A stretch of DNA of 41,527 nucleotides from a virus (Duplodnaviria > Caudoviricetes), in IMG/VR virus record IMGVR_UViG_3300033067_001876, positions 1-41,527 of that record. The stretch is one strand, 5' to 3'. A model generated the notes under the pieces. It did not search any database. It was not told the DNA's origin and saw only the letters and a program-made list of their open reading frames with translations. The position numbers were made by a program, and so were the translations under genes. This document shows, one piece after another, positions 1 through 8,018 of this stretch (position 1 is the stretch's first letter; the number at the start of each line of letters is the position of its first letter).

Positions 1-1008
1 TGAGGCCTGGAGAACGTCCGTTTCCCATGGCGCGGCGTCCAAGGTCCCGAACGCTCCGGAGAGCTCGCGATAGCTGCGAGCGCTGAGGCCTTCTCCGACG
101 TGGCGGAAGCGGAATTCCTTGACTTGGGACGCGCCCCAGATGATGTGGTTCCCGCACGCGATATCACAGAGCCCAGTCGCGCCACCGACCGACGCCGCCC
201 CAACCTCCGAGTTCCAAAGGAGGAGAAAACGATAGCCGGAACCTCCATTGGGCAGGCCGATTTCGCGATCCGTGTTCAAGAGAAAGAGAAACGAGTCGCG
301 GCCTGCGCCTGTGGAGTAGTAACAGCCTGCGGGGCGGATGATGTCGCCCTCTTGAACGCGGGTGAACGGGCCGACGTCGGCGGCGGTGGCTCGGCGGGTC
401 GGGCCGGTCCAGTTGGGATCGAGTCCGCCTCCGAACTGGGTCCAAGCGGGCGGGGTCACGTATCGCGCATGGCTGCGCGTGATGCGGTCCTTGACGAGGG
501 TCAGAAGATCGGCGGTCCAAAGGCGGGAATAGCCGGTGCCAGTGAGGGCGCGCGTGGTCCAGCCGTAAGGCGTTCCGTCGCCTGAGGGCTGGTGTGCCAT
601 GAGGGAGACCTGTTCCGTCTGGGAGGCGCGGGCGCGACGCTGAAGGCCGACAGAGAGGCAGTCGGCGGCGAGCATCGCGGGGAGGCGGCGGAGGTAGCCT
701 GCGGGCGCGCCGTCGGCGAGTCCGGCGAGCTGCGAGAAGGCGTGGTAGGAAAGGGCGAGGGGAGCCTTACCTGGGCCGACCTGAACTTGAACGTTTCGGG
801 CGTCGTCGTCGGCGGTGACGATCAGGCGGTGGGAGTCGTAGTCTCGTTCCATGCTCTGCCGCTTGGTCGCCTGGGCTGCGGTGAGCATGTCATCGAGGTT
901 CCAATAGCACTCGTCGGCGGGACGGTTGCGCCATTGCTCGGAGGCGGTCATCAGGTTGCCTCCGGAGAGGGAGACGGAGGGGGCGGCGTAGGGGGTTGTG
1001 ATGGTCAT
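1..1008 (-). CDS. DUF932-like phage/plasmid protein, 3' end truncated by window edge
   Basis: Not in the ORF track because it has no stop. Manual translation from ATG 1008 (AAGGA upstream): MTITTPYAAPSVSLSGGNLMTASEQWRNRPADECYW...AFSQLAGLADGAPAGYLRRLP...LWNSEVGAASVG...CGNHIIWG, matching motifs I recall for DUF932. Confidence 0.75.
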   Translation of the reverse strand, partial: MTITTPYAAPSVSLSGGNLMTASEQWRNRPADECYWNLDDMLTAAQATKRQSMERDYDSHRLIVTADDDARNVQVQVGPGKAPLALSYHAFSQLAGLADGAPAGYLRRLPAMLAADCLSVGLQRRARASQTEQVSLMAHQPSGDGTPYGWTTRALTGTGYSRLWTADLLTLVKDRITRSHARYVTPPAWTQFGGGLDPNWTGPTRRATAADVGPFTRVQEGDIIRPAGCYYSTGAGRDSFLFLLNTDREIGLPNGGSGYRFLLLWNSEVGAASVGGATGLCDIACGNHIIWGASQVKEFRFRHVGEGLSARSYRELSGAFGTLDAAPWETDVLQAS

Positions 1009-1097
1009 TGGTTCGGGTGTCCTTGGTTGGTTGTGCTGGGCCGTGATTGGCTCGCGGTGTGCTCCATGGTCGCAGCCTGGGAGCACTGGCGGGACGA

Positions 1098-1478
1098 TCA
1101 GGCGCGATCCCTTGCAGCTACGTGGGCCGCGATGTCGCGATGGGCCTTCGCAAGCCGGGCGAGGATGACCGCGAGGCGGTACGCTGTGTCGTCGTAGGAT
1201 TCCTGGGGGCGCGGGTTATGCGTGCCGGTGTAGCCTGGGACGGGCAGGGTCGCGAGGTAGGCTACGGAGACGGAAAGCGCCTCGATGGTTTCGGCGCGTT
1301 CGCGGTGGGCGTCGATCTGAGCTCCGAGGGCGGCGTCGTGGGCCGCGAACGTCGCATCGTCCACGCGGCGCGGCTCGTGATGGGTCGGGGCGTGCTTGCA
1401 TGTGGTGCACGCGGTGGCGGATGTTCCACGTGAAACACGCGGAGCGGTGGCAGAAGGAACGGTAGAATCAGGTTTCAT
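1098..1478 (-). CDS. Hypothetical protein (CxxCxH motif)
   Basis: 126-aa ORF co-oriented with the arm and preceded by a leaderless-type promoter. Confidence 0.6.
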   Translation of the reverse strand: MKPDSTVPSATAPRVSRGTSATACTTCKHAPTHHEPRRVDDATFAAHDAALGAQIDAHRERAETIEALSVSVAYLATLPVPGYTGTHNPRPQESYDDTAYRLAVILARLAKAHRDIAAHVAARDRA

Positions 1479-1485
1479 GGTGCCT

Positions 1486-1513
1486 AATTTAACACCGTTG
1501 GAGGCGTTTCTAA
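1486..1513 (-). promoter_or_regulatory. Putative sigma70 promoter, extended -10, leaderless
   Basis: TTAGAA-N16-TAAATT with TG upstream of the -10; 7 nt to ATG 1478. Confidence 0.5.
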
Positions 1514-1888
1514 CAGCAATATTTGCGCGACCATACGAAACGTTTGCAGCAGCCCCGCAGAAATTGCGCCAAGGCCAGCCCCTCGGCGAGACGGAGCCCG
1601 CGCCCCCACAGAATCAACCCGCCCGGCCCGCGACCATAACCCCCACAATCCGGCCCGCGAGTGTCACCCTTACGTAGATACACTCTCTCCCCTACTCGTC
1701 TTCGCGTTCGTCCTTTCCGTTTCCCTTCTCCTCCTCTTCATCCGTCATCCGTACCACCACACCCACACCCCACTCCATGCACCATGCACGCCCATAGACC
1801 GCTCAGCCTTCCCCAGCCAGCACCTTCCCCCCATCGCCAGCCTTCACGTGATCTCACTTCAAGACAGCCCGCGCCTTGCCCGGGCCGC

Positions 1889-1907
1889 CCCCGCTCGAAG
1901 AGCGGGG
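1889..1907. other. Perfect hairpin CCCCGCTC-GAA-GAGCGGGG in non-coding region
   Basis: 8-bp inverted repeat with a GAA triloop. Confidence 0.7.
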
Positions 1908-2041
1908 TTCAGGTACTTAAACCGAGCGAAGCGAGCACCTTCTGTCGTGTGCTGGGTGCTGGCCGGCGATCTTTGATCGCCCGTCCGTTAAGCAGACCCG
2001 ACAACCGAATTCCCCTCTTGGCTAGAGGAGGGGGAGGGAGA

Positions 2042-2065
2042 TCTCTCGCGACAAAAATAGCACTA
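2042..2065. repeat. 24-bp direct repeat, copy 1
   Basis: tctctcgcgacaaaaatagcacta; 22/24 identical to 2782-2805. Confidence 0.85.
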
Positions 2066-2079
2066 GAGTGGTGTTTTGA

Positions 2080-2778
2080 TCACCGGCTCCATTGTTGGGC
2101 CATGGCCTCCGCGATACCGGGATAGGTAATTGAGCGCAGTCTGGCTCGATCTGCGGACGGAGGGAGTTTGTTTTGCCCGGAGTTAGTTTGGTTGGACCAG
2201 CGATGCTTTGGCTTATTGGAGCCTAGGCAGTTGGGGCAGCCGTATTTGTCGGTGAGTGTGATTCCGCAGCAGACCATTCGAGGGCTGACGAGGTGCGTAG
2301 GGGTGAGTTTGGGAAGGTTCTTCAGCCAGAGTTGTGTTGCCTTCGAGGCGTCGTCTCCGAACATCCACGGTTGGATGGTTTGGTCTGCCGGCCGGATGGC
2401 GGTTCCGATTCTGCCGATCGGGTTCTCGATGGCGATTCTGAGGATTGGAGCGTCCATGAGGGTTTGGACGAAGACGAGGGCTTGTTCTGTGAGGGCGTCG
2501 CGGCCTGGGCGGCGTTTGTTCCAGTGTAGGCCCGAGGAGCAGAGGTAGGTGCATGGGGGATGAGCGATGAGGATGTCCCAGCCTTTGGCGATTGCGGAGA
2601 GTGCGTCGCCTTGGATGTGGTGCGGGGAGTCGTCCTCGGCTGGTTTGATGTCGCAGGAGTAGGCGTCGTGTCCGGCTTTTCGGAAGGCGCGTCGTACGGC
2701 TCCGCTGCTTTCGCACGCGATGAGTACGCGGGCTCGCGGTGGGAGGGCTGGGGCGAAGGCGATTGAGGTTTGCGTCAT
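2080..2778 (-). CDS. Short phage-type DNA (cytosine-5) methyltransferase
   Basis: VLIACESSGAVRRAF (motif I variant), AHPPCTYL (catalytic PC), IENP (motif VI), RSITYPGIAEAMAQQW C-terminus. Confidence 0.85.
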   Translation of the reverse strand: MTQTSIAFAPALPPRARVLIACESSGAVRRAFRKAGHDAYSCDIKPAEDDSPHHIQGDALSAIAKGWDILIAHPPCTYLCSSGLHWNKRRPGRDALTEQALVFVQTLMDAPILRIAIENPIGRIGTAIRPADQTIQPWMFGDDASKATQLWLKNLPKLTPTHLVSPRMVCCGITLTDKYGCPNCLGSNKPKHRWSNQTNSGQNKLPPSADRARLRSITYPGIAEAMAQQWSR

Positions 2779-2781
2779 CGG

Positions 2782-2805
2782 TCTCTCGCACCAAAAATAG
2801 CACTA
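2782..2805. repeat. 24-bp direct repeat, copy 2
   Basis: tctctcgcaccaaaaatagcacta, immediately upstream of the MTase start. Confidence 0.85.
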
Positions 2806-2835
2806 CGGTGTTATTTCAGACACCGGAGAGGTGGT

Positions 2836-3513
2836 TCATAGGTCTTCCTCTGGGGTGAAGGTGGGCAGTACCGGCGCTGCGCTGGTGGGGTAGGTTTGCG
2901 GATGAGGAGGAGTGGATGCCGATTTCCGCTTACGTGCGCCCGGTGTTGCTGCCCGTTTTGTTGGGGTGGAGGATACGCCTTGGTTGAGTTCTTTGGCTAG
3001 GGTGAGGGCGATGAATCTGGCGTCGGCTTCGTTGTCGTCGGCGCATTCGTATTCGGGCCATCGTTGGGCGGCGGCCTCGAGCATTTCTTCTTTGGAGGCG
3101 TTTCCGCGTCCGGTGGCGAATTTTTTGATGGTTCCGACTGGGATACCGCGGTATGGGATGGGGGCTGCGGTGATGGCTGAAGCTGTGGGGTCGCCTTCCG
3201 GCCATTTCTTGACCCAGCTTTCGCAGGTGGAGGAGATGATGGCGACGATCCCGCCGTAGATGTGTGCGGCGTCGGTGGCGAAGGACGCGCGGCCGGCGAA
3301 GAAGCGGGTGTGGCTGCGAACTTCTTCGTAGGCGACGGCGTCGATGCCTTCGGCCAGGATGGCACGGAGGTAGGTCTCGAGGCGTAGGAAGCGCATTCCA
3401 CCGCCTTCGTGGCGCCGTGCTGAGAGGTCCCAGACGCCGGATGCGACTACGTCACCGTTGTGAGCGATGGCGTAGCCGCAGGAGGTACCTGGGTCGATTC
3501 CGAGGATCCTCAC
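2836..3513 (-). CDS. ruvC: RuvC-like Holliday junction resolvase
   Basis: GTG 3513 coupled to upstream stop; RILGIDPG, YEE, IKKFATGRGNASKEEM, DDNEADA. Confidence 0.85.
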   Translation of the reverse strand: MRILGIDPGTSCGYAIAHNGDVVASGVWDLSARRHEGGGMRFLRLETYLRAILAEGIDAVAYEEVRSHTRFFAGRASFATDAAHIYGGIVAIISSTCESWVKKWPEGDPTASAITAAPIPYRGIPVGTIKKFATGRGNASKEEMLEAAAQRWPEYECADDNEADARFIALTLAKELNQGVSSTPTKRAATPGARKRKSASTPPHPQTYPTSAAPVLPTFTPEEDL

Positions 3514-3959
3514 GACAGGGCCTCGCGTGCGACCAGTACCGCTTCCATGTCCATCGGTGTTGATCGGGAGATCATCTCCAGCGCCTTCCGCATCTTGCGG
3601 TGTTCGGTTGCAAGGCGGTACCCATCTCCACCCGCTCCGTCGTCGGAATAGATGATGGCAAGCTCTCGATCCAAGCGCGCTTGAATCGAATCGCGGATCT
3701 GCTGAAGCTCGCGCACTTGGGCCTCCAGGGCGGCGATCTTCTCGCGGTCGGCGTCGATGCGGGCTTTGACACGACGAAAGAAGCGCTGCGAAATCTCCGG
3801 CGTCACGTTTTCGCGGGGCTTGCCGCACTGGTCGCAGGGGTAGGTTGGTTCGGACGGACACATCGGAGGACAAGGTACAACATTGACGGTCTTCGGGCCG
3901 CCGCAACGACACTGCCTCACCACGACCCCATGCTTGCACTTGTCAAGGTAGTGGCTCAT
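3510..3959 (-). CDS. Hypothetical Cys-rich (Zn-binding) coiled-coil protein
   Basis: ATG 3959 in ATGA overlap; CKH, CRC, CPPMC, CDQC motifs. Confidence 0.65.
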   Translation of the reverse strand: MSHYLDKCKHGVVVRQCRCGGPKTVNVVPCPPMCPSEPTYPCDQCGKPRENVTPEISQRFFRRVKARIDADREKIAALEAQVRELQQIRDSIQARLDRELAIIYSDDGAGGDGYRLATEHRKMRKALEMISRSTPMDMEAVLVAREALS

Positions 3960-4366
3960 CGCGTCCCTCCCTGCGCCCCGGTCTGCCTGTACCACTCGAC
4001 GATGGGGGCGACGGCGGCGTAGGCCGCATATCCGTCGTCTATCTCTTCGATTCCGCCAGAACCAGTCATGTCATTGAGCAGCCACAGGAAGTACTCCAGC
4101 GCCCCGGCGTACCCTGCGCGGGCGGCGACGATGAAGTTGGCGACGTTGTGGTTGAGATTAGTGGCAACGCACGCTCCATATTTTTCTGGGTACGCGTTAC
4201 CACCACGCACCCATACAGTGCCCTTGGTGGATGGGTACATTCCAGCTCCTTCACCGGCTTCTTTTTGCACGAATAACACCCCTTCATACATTCCTCCGCA
4301 CACCTCAATCGCCGCATGCACTGCTTTGATGGCCTCGGCCACGGGGATCGGCTCAGATATGGTCAT
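3956..4366 (-). CDS. Hypothetical protein
   Basis: MTISEPIPVAEAIKAV...NFIVAARAG; coupled to neighbours. Confidence 0.65.
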   Translation of the reverse strand: MTISEPIPVAEAIKAVHAAIEVCGGMYEGVLFVQKEAGEGAGMYPSTKGTVWVRGGNAYPEKYGACVATNLNHNVANFIVAARAGYAGALEYFLWLLNDMTGSGGIEEIDDGYAAYAAVAPIVEWYRQTGAQGGTR

Positions 4367-4601
4367 GGAGCGCCCTCTTCCCGGTAAGCGCGGCAAGCTG
4401 ACACGCCCCGCACTGGTGCAACGTCGCAGCTTCATGCTGGCTCAGTCTCAGGCCAAGAGCGCAGAGATCATCCGACGCGGATTTCACGTCTTCGGCGGCC
4501 CCTAAACCGTTCTCGAAGCAGGCCACCGCGACGCTATAGCGAATCACGGTTTCCTTCAATTCTGGCCACTCTGCGTCCACGGGGATAGGTTGGTCGGTCA
4601 T
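4353..4601 (-). CDS. Hypothetical protein
   Basis: Start ATG 4601 overlaps the endolysin stop (ATGA); MTDQPIPVDAEW... Confidence 0.6.
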   Translation of the reverse strand: MTDQPIPVDAEWPELKETVIRYSVAVACFENGLGAAEDVKSASDDLCALGLRLSQHEAATLHQCGACQLAALTGKRALHDHI

Positions 4602-5290
4602 GACTGCGAGACCTTGAGAATCCGGAACGACCGTGTGAGCCAGCCTTTGAAGAACGTATCGGCGTCCTCGAGGGTGCGGTATCGGTCGACGCGCGAGAGG
4701 AACATTTTTTCCGGAACCGTGAGGTCGACGGAGTTCACGGACGCGCGGTAGATGGCGGCTGCGATGGTCTCGGGCCCGACGATGCCGTCGGCCGGCACGC
4801 CAAGGGCTCTCTGCAGGTGGAGGATGGCGCGCGGGGTGCCTTCGTTGACGGCGGAGTCGAAGGTCATCACCGCGATCGAGTGAGGCAGATCGTTCCCGCG
4901 GATCACGTCCCAGTAGTGGTTGCGGTAGAAGTAGACGGCGATCGGCTCGCTCCATCCCGGGACGTCGGCCTCGGTGATCTCTCCGTCCTTGTTCACGTCG
5001 AAGGCTTTCCGGAGGTACGCGTCGAGCTTGCCGTCGGCGTCGAGCCGGCGCACCTCGCGGATGGAGATGCCGCGGTTCGTGGCGCCCCCTCGGTCGTTGG
5101 GGTTGTTGGAATATCCGCCCTCGATGTTCTTCGCCAGGACGGCGGAAACGGCGGAGTGAAAGTCTCCGAGCTTGGGGAGGACCTGTGCGACGGTGTTTGT
5201 GTTGGGTGTCATGGGGTGCATTTCGGTGGTGGGGGTCAGTGCGTAGAGGAGACTCCCGGCCGCGAGCACTGAGATCGTGACCGGGAGCAT
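4598..5290 (-). CDS. Glycoside hydrolase family 108 endolysin with peptidoglycan-binding domain
   Basis: IEGGYSNNPNDRGGATNRGI, YRNHYWD, FDSAVNEG, LQRALGVPADGIVGPET, FFKGWLTR; start uncertain (5323 CTG, 5290 ATG or 5212 ATG). Confidence 0.9.
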   Translation of the reverse strand: MLPVTISVLAAGSLLYALTPTTEMHPMTPNTNTVAQVLPKLGDFHSAVSAVLAKNIEGGYSNNPNDRGGATNRGISIREVRRLDADGKLDAYLRKAFDVNKDGEITEADVPGWSEPIAVYFYRNHYWDVIRGNDLPHSIAVMTFDSAVNEGTPRAILHLQRALGVPADGIVGPETIAAAIYRASVNSVDLTVPEKMFLSRVDRYRTLEDADTFFKGWLTRSFRILKVSQS

Positions 5291-5319
5291 GAAGACGTGG
5301 ACGCTGAGCGTCCGCGCGG

Positions 5320-5541
5320 TCAGAGCGGGAGTTCGGACTGTTCCGGATTGCTGGCGCCTTCGTCGGGCGTGGAGGGCTTGTTCTGGGTACAAGGGCAAGG
5401 CTCCTTCGGCTCCTGGGCGTCGATCAGAGCGAGATGGGTGAGGGCAGCACGCCGGTCAGGTGACACGCTCTTCAGGGCGCTCGTGATTTTCTTGAGCGCG
5501 ATGATGGTCGAGTTCTGCCGGCGTTCGGTGTTCTGGGTCAT
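5320..5541 (-). CDS. Hypothetical protein
   Basis: 73-aa ORF filling the operon slot. Confidence 0.55.
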   Translation of the reverse strand: MTQNTERRQNSTIIALKKITSALKSVSPDRRAALTHLALIDAQEPKEPCPCTQNKPSTPDEGASNPEQSELPL

Positions 5542-5550
5542 GGCGGGAGG

Positions 5551-5964
5551 CTACAGTCCTTCGGAGGTGGTAGGGTCGTCGGTGTCCTCGGGCGTGTCCG
5601 GATCGTCGTCGACGTCGGAGTCCTCGGGGATGGTGAGCTGGTCATTGGACTCGAGCGGCCGAGTCCGGATCGTGGCGCCCGTGTCGCATCGGAAGACGTG
5701 GACGACGTCGCCGACGACCTTCTCGTCGACCTCGACCTCTTCCTCGGAGACCCCGTCGCGATGCTGCTTGGCGAGTTCATGCAGCTCCTCGCGGCAGGTG
5801 TCGACCTCGGCTTTGAGCGTCTTGCGCCGGGTCTTCCAGGCGTCGGCCGCGATCGCGAGGCTCTGCTCGGCGTTGAAGAGCGATTTCTCCGCCTCCGTGA
5901 CCTTGCCTGCGAGGTTCTCGAGCTGCTCGGTGTTGAGCGGTGTCTTTACGGTCTCAGTCTTCAT
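5551..5964 (-). CDS. Hypothetical coiled-coil protein with acidic tail
   Basis: ATG 5964 with AGGAG RBS; MKTETVKTPL...RCDTGATIRTRP. Confidence 0.7.
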   Translation of the reverse strand: MKTETVKTPLNTEQLENLAGKVTEAEKSLFNAEQSLAIAADAWKTRRKTLKAEVDTCREELHELAKQHRDGVSEEEVEVDEKVVGDVVHVFRCDTGATIRTRPLESNDQLTIPEDSDVDDDPDTPEDTDDPTTSEGL

Positions 5965-6239
5965 TCGGTCTCCTGTTGGGGTTTGGATGTGACGTGGTAA
6001 CGGTCGCAGGCGCAGAGGTAACTGTAAATCGTCTGTCCGAGTCGGCGAGCCTTCTTTAAGGCAAATTCGATCTGGTCGTGAGTGTAAGGCTTCTTCCAGG
6101 GGCACGTGCAGAGTGCCGCGTTGAACGGTTTGATCGGCGCCCTGCCGCGGGCCTTCACCGGGACGTTCTTCCGTCCGCCCGGGGACTCACGCCGGCCGCC
6201 GTCGCGGCTCTGGAACCTGCTGGCGCGGGCGAAGCTCAT
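5961..6239 (-). CDS. Small basic Zn-finger-like protein
   Basis: CPWKKPY...YSYLCACDRYHVTS; ATGA coupling. Confidence 0.6.
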   Translation of the reverse strand: MSFARASRFQSRDGGRRESPGGRKNVPVKARGRAPIKPFNAALCTCPWKKPYTHDQIEFALKKARRLGQTIYSYLCACDRYHVTSKPQQETE

Positions 6240-6325
6240 TCGGCGTCCCCGTCGAGTGATCCGGGGTCCGGGTGGTTGTGCATGTTCGGATCCATGCGGA
6301 GGTACGCCCTCGGAAGGTTGCTCAT
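6236..6325 (-). CDS. 29-aa mini-ORF or gene remnant
   Basis: MSNLPRAYLRMDPNMHNHPDPGSLDGDAE; TAATG and ATGA overlaps at its two ends. Confidence 0.45.
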   Translation of the reverse strand: MSNLPRAYLRMDPNMHNHPDPGSLDGDAE

Positions 6326-7260
6326 TACGACGCACGCTCCTTGCAGTGTTCCAGCATGATTGCCCGTCCGATCACTTCGACGACGGCGGGACAGACGGCA
6401 TTGCCCAAAGCCTTCAACGCTTCCCTCCTGTGCGCGGAGGTGTAGGAGGTTCGGAATCGAGCCACCCGTCGGGGAAGTTCATCAACTGCGTTACCCATGC
6501 CGGATTCAGGCTCCCGCGTGTCGGATCCGGCCCGCCCGTTGCGTCTGTGGTTCGCGGTGCGGGCCAGTCTTGGCGCTTCCCATGCGTGCTGGGGCTCTCC
6601 AGGGCGAGAAGGCCAGCGTGAACCTGATCCTCTAGGCGGCTCTTGTTGTCCCCTCGATCCCGTCCTATCCCGCCATTGGTCCCAGCCCTCGGCGTCCCCC
6701 AAAAGACCTGAGTCCCGAGATTCGGGCTCTTGCGGTTCCCCTGCGTCGGACCTGAGTCCTTTTTCCAGTCCCGCGCCGTCGCCGTGGGCCACGATCCAAA
6801 CTCGTTTCCTTCGGTGCGGCGCTCCAACGTAATCAGCACCCACCACGAGCGGCCAAGCGGTGTACCCTGATTCCTCCAAGCCTTGGAGGACGAGGTCAGC
6901 CGCGATAGTTCTGAGGCCAGGTACGTTCTCAGCGAGTACCCATCGGGGTCGGATGTCTCGGATGAGTCGTGCGAAATGAGGCCAGAGGTGACGCTCGTCT
7001 TCCGTGCCTTTTTGCTTCCCTGCGACGCTGAATGGCTGGCATGGGAATCCGCCCGCGATAAGGTCGATTCGTCCAAGTCCTCGAAGAGACTCCGCTGTAA
7101 GGGTTCGGACATCATCGAAGATCGGGACTCCCGGCCAGTGCTGGGAGAGCCAGTGCCGCGGCGCCGGTTCGCGCTCGCAGAAGGCAACAGTTCGCATCCC
7201 TGCCCGCTCGAGGCCAAGGGATATGCCGCCGATGCCGCTGAAGAGGTCAAGGACATTCAA
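6325..7260 (-). CDS. dcm: DNA (cytosine-5) methyltransferase, alpha subunit
   Basis: TTG start; LDLFSGIGG, GGFPCQPFS, ENVPG, HRRKRVWIV, motif X LKALGNAV; motif IX absent in this frame. Confidence 0.9.
   Translation of the reverse strand: MNVLDLFSGIGGISLGLERAGMRTVAFCEREPAPRHWLSQHWPGVPIFDDVRTLTAESLRGLGRIDLIAGGFPCQPFSVAGKQKGTEDERHLWPHFARLIRDIRPRWVLAENVPGLRTIAADLVLQGLEESGYTAWPLVVGADYVGAPHRRKRVWIVAHGDGAGLEKGLRSDAGEPQEPESRDSGLLGDAEGWDQWRDRTGSRGQQEPPRGSGSRWPSRPGEPQHAWEAPRLARTANHRRNGRAGSDTREPESGMGNAVDELPRRVARFRTSYTSAHRREALKALGNAVCPAVVEVIGRAIMLEHCKERAS
6414..7115 (-). CDS. Nested alternate-frame beta subunit of the C5 MTase (target-recognition repeats plus motif IX)
   Basis: WPTATARDWK, WGTPRA, WPAPRTTD repeats and GSLNPAWVTQLMNFPDGWL; lies entirely within the dcm gene; start 7115/7112 inferred, frame open from 7256. 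Confidence 0.75.
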   Translation of the reverse strand: MMSEPLQRSLFEDLDESTLSRADSHASHSASQGSKKARKTSVTSGLISHDSSETSDPDGYSLRTYLASELSRLTSSSKAWRNQGTPLGRSWWVLITLERRTEGNEFGSWPTATARDWKKDSGPTQGNRKSPNLGTQVFWGTPRAGTNGGIGRDRGDNKSRLEDQVHAGLLALESPSTHGKRQDWPAPRTTDATGGPDPTRGSLNPAWVTQLMNFPDGWLDSEPPTPPRTGGKR

Positions 7261-7310
7261 GCGTCTGGCATGCCTCTCAACACGTCGAGGGCGTCTCCTA
7301 AGTGAATCAT
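7257..7310 (-). pseudogene. N-terminal remnant of an N4/N6 methyltransferase
   Basis: MIHLGDALDVLRGMPDA* resembles IIQGDALEVLRGMPSE of the 38016-38753 MTase. Confidence 0.65.
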
Positions 7311-7313
7311 CGC

Positions 7314-7982
7314 TCAGCCCTCGAGGTGCGCGCGCCACGTGGCGCAGAACTTTTCGGGGTTGAAGAACTTCGTCGCTTCCAGCTTCGAGACGTGCGAGTC
7401 GAAGGCGTGTTTGATCGGCTCGATGTCCTGCGACGTCAGATTCGGGAGCTTCTTCCGGAGGATCCCGTCAAAGTGCCACGAAGAGGCGGTGAACTTCTCG
7501 CACCACGCGAGTTTGAAAGCCTCGATCACCGCCGCGATGTCTTCAGCCGTAACAGTCGCAGCAGCCTTGCGCTCTCTCCATCGTCGAGAGCGCTCGCTTG
7601 CGGTGTGGTCCTTCTGCCGGTACTTGTCGAAGTTCAGGATGATGAACCCGCCGTCGATTGGAACCATTCGCCGACCCTCAAAGTCCTTGCTCCGGCTGTC
7701 GGTGTCAGGACTCGCAAGAAGTTTGATCGCTTGCTCTCCAGACGCCGGGTCCACCATCGCACGGTAAACGATCCCAAGACTGGCGGCCCGTACGAGCCCG
7801 TACCATCCAGGCGGGATGACGAAGTCGGACTCGTTCAACGTTCCGGGGATGTACGTCTTCGTAGGCGTTCTCAGCTCGACCGGGGACGCCATAAGGAGCG
7901 CGGTGATGAATACTGTTCGAGCGTCCTTCTCGAACCAAATCGTCGAGTCCAGCATCCCGCAGTCGAGTTTCACGTAAGCCAT
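7314..7982 (-). CDS. Phage replication initiator / replisome organizer-like protein
   Basis: YVKLDCGMLDSTIW...SPDTDSRSKDFEGRR...GGFIILNFDKYR...ERSRRWRERK, typical of the N-terminal domain of phage Rep proteins. Confidence 0.7.
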   Translation of the reverse strand: MAYVKLDCGMLDSTIWFEKDARTVFITALLMASPVELRTPTKTYIPGTLNESDFVIPPGWYGLVRAASLGIVYRAMVDPASGEQAIKLLASPDTDSRSKDFEGRRMVPIDGGFIILNFDKYRQKDHTASERSRRWRERKAAATVTAEDIAAVIEAFKLAWCEKFTASSWHFDGILRKKLPNLTSQDIEPIKHAFDSHVSKLEATKFFNPEKFCATWRAHLEG

Positions 7983-7988
7983 GACGCG

Positions 7989-8018
7989 ATACTAGAACAC
8001 GTCGTTATTCCGTGTCAA
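7989..8018 (-). promoter_or_regulatory. Sigma70 promoter for the left arm, leaderless
   Basis: TTGACA-N18-TAGTAT, then 6 nt to ATG 7982. Confidence 0.75.

Noticed and set aside
100-1197. Plus-strand ORFs 100-585 and 592-1197
   Set aside because: Antisense shadows of the DUF932-like gene
2836-3939. 367-aa extended RuvC
   Set aside because: The extension overlaps the 3510-3959 gene; the real start is the coupled GTG at 3513
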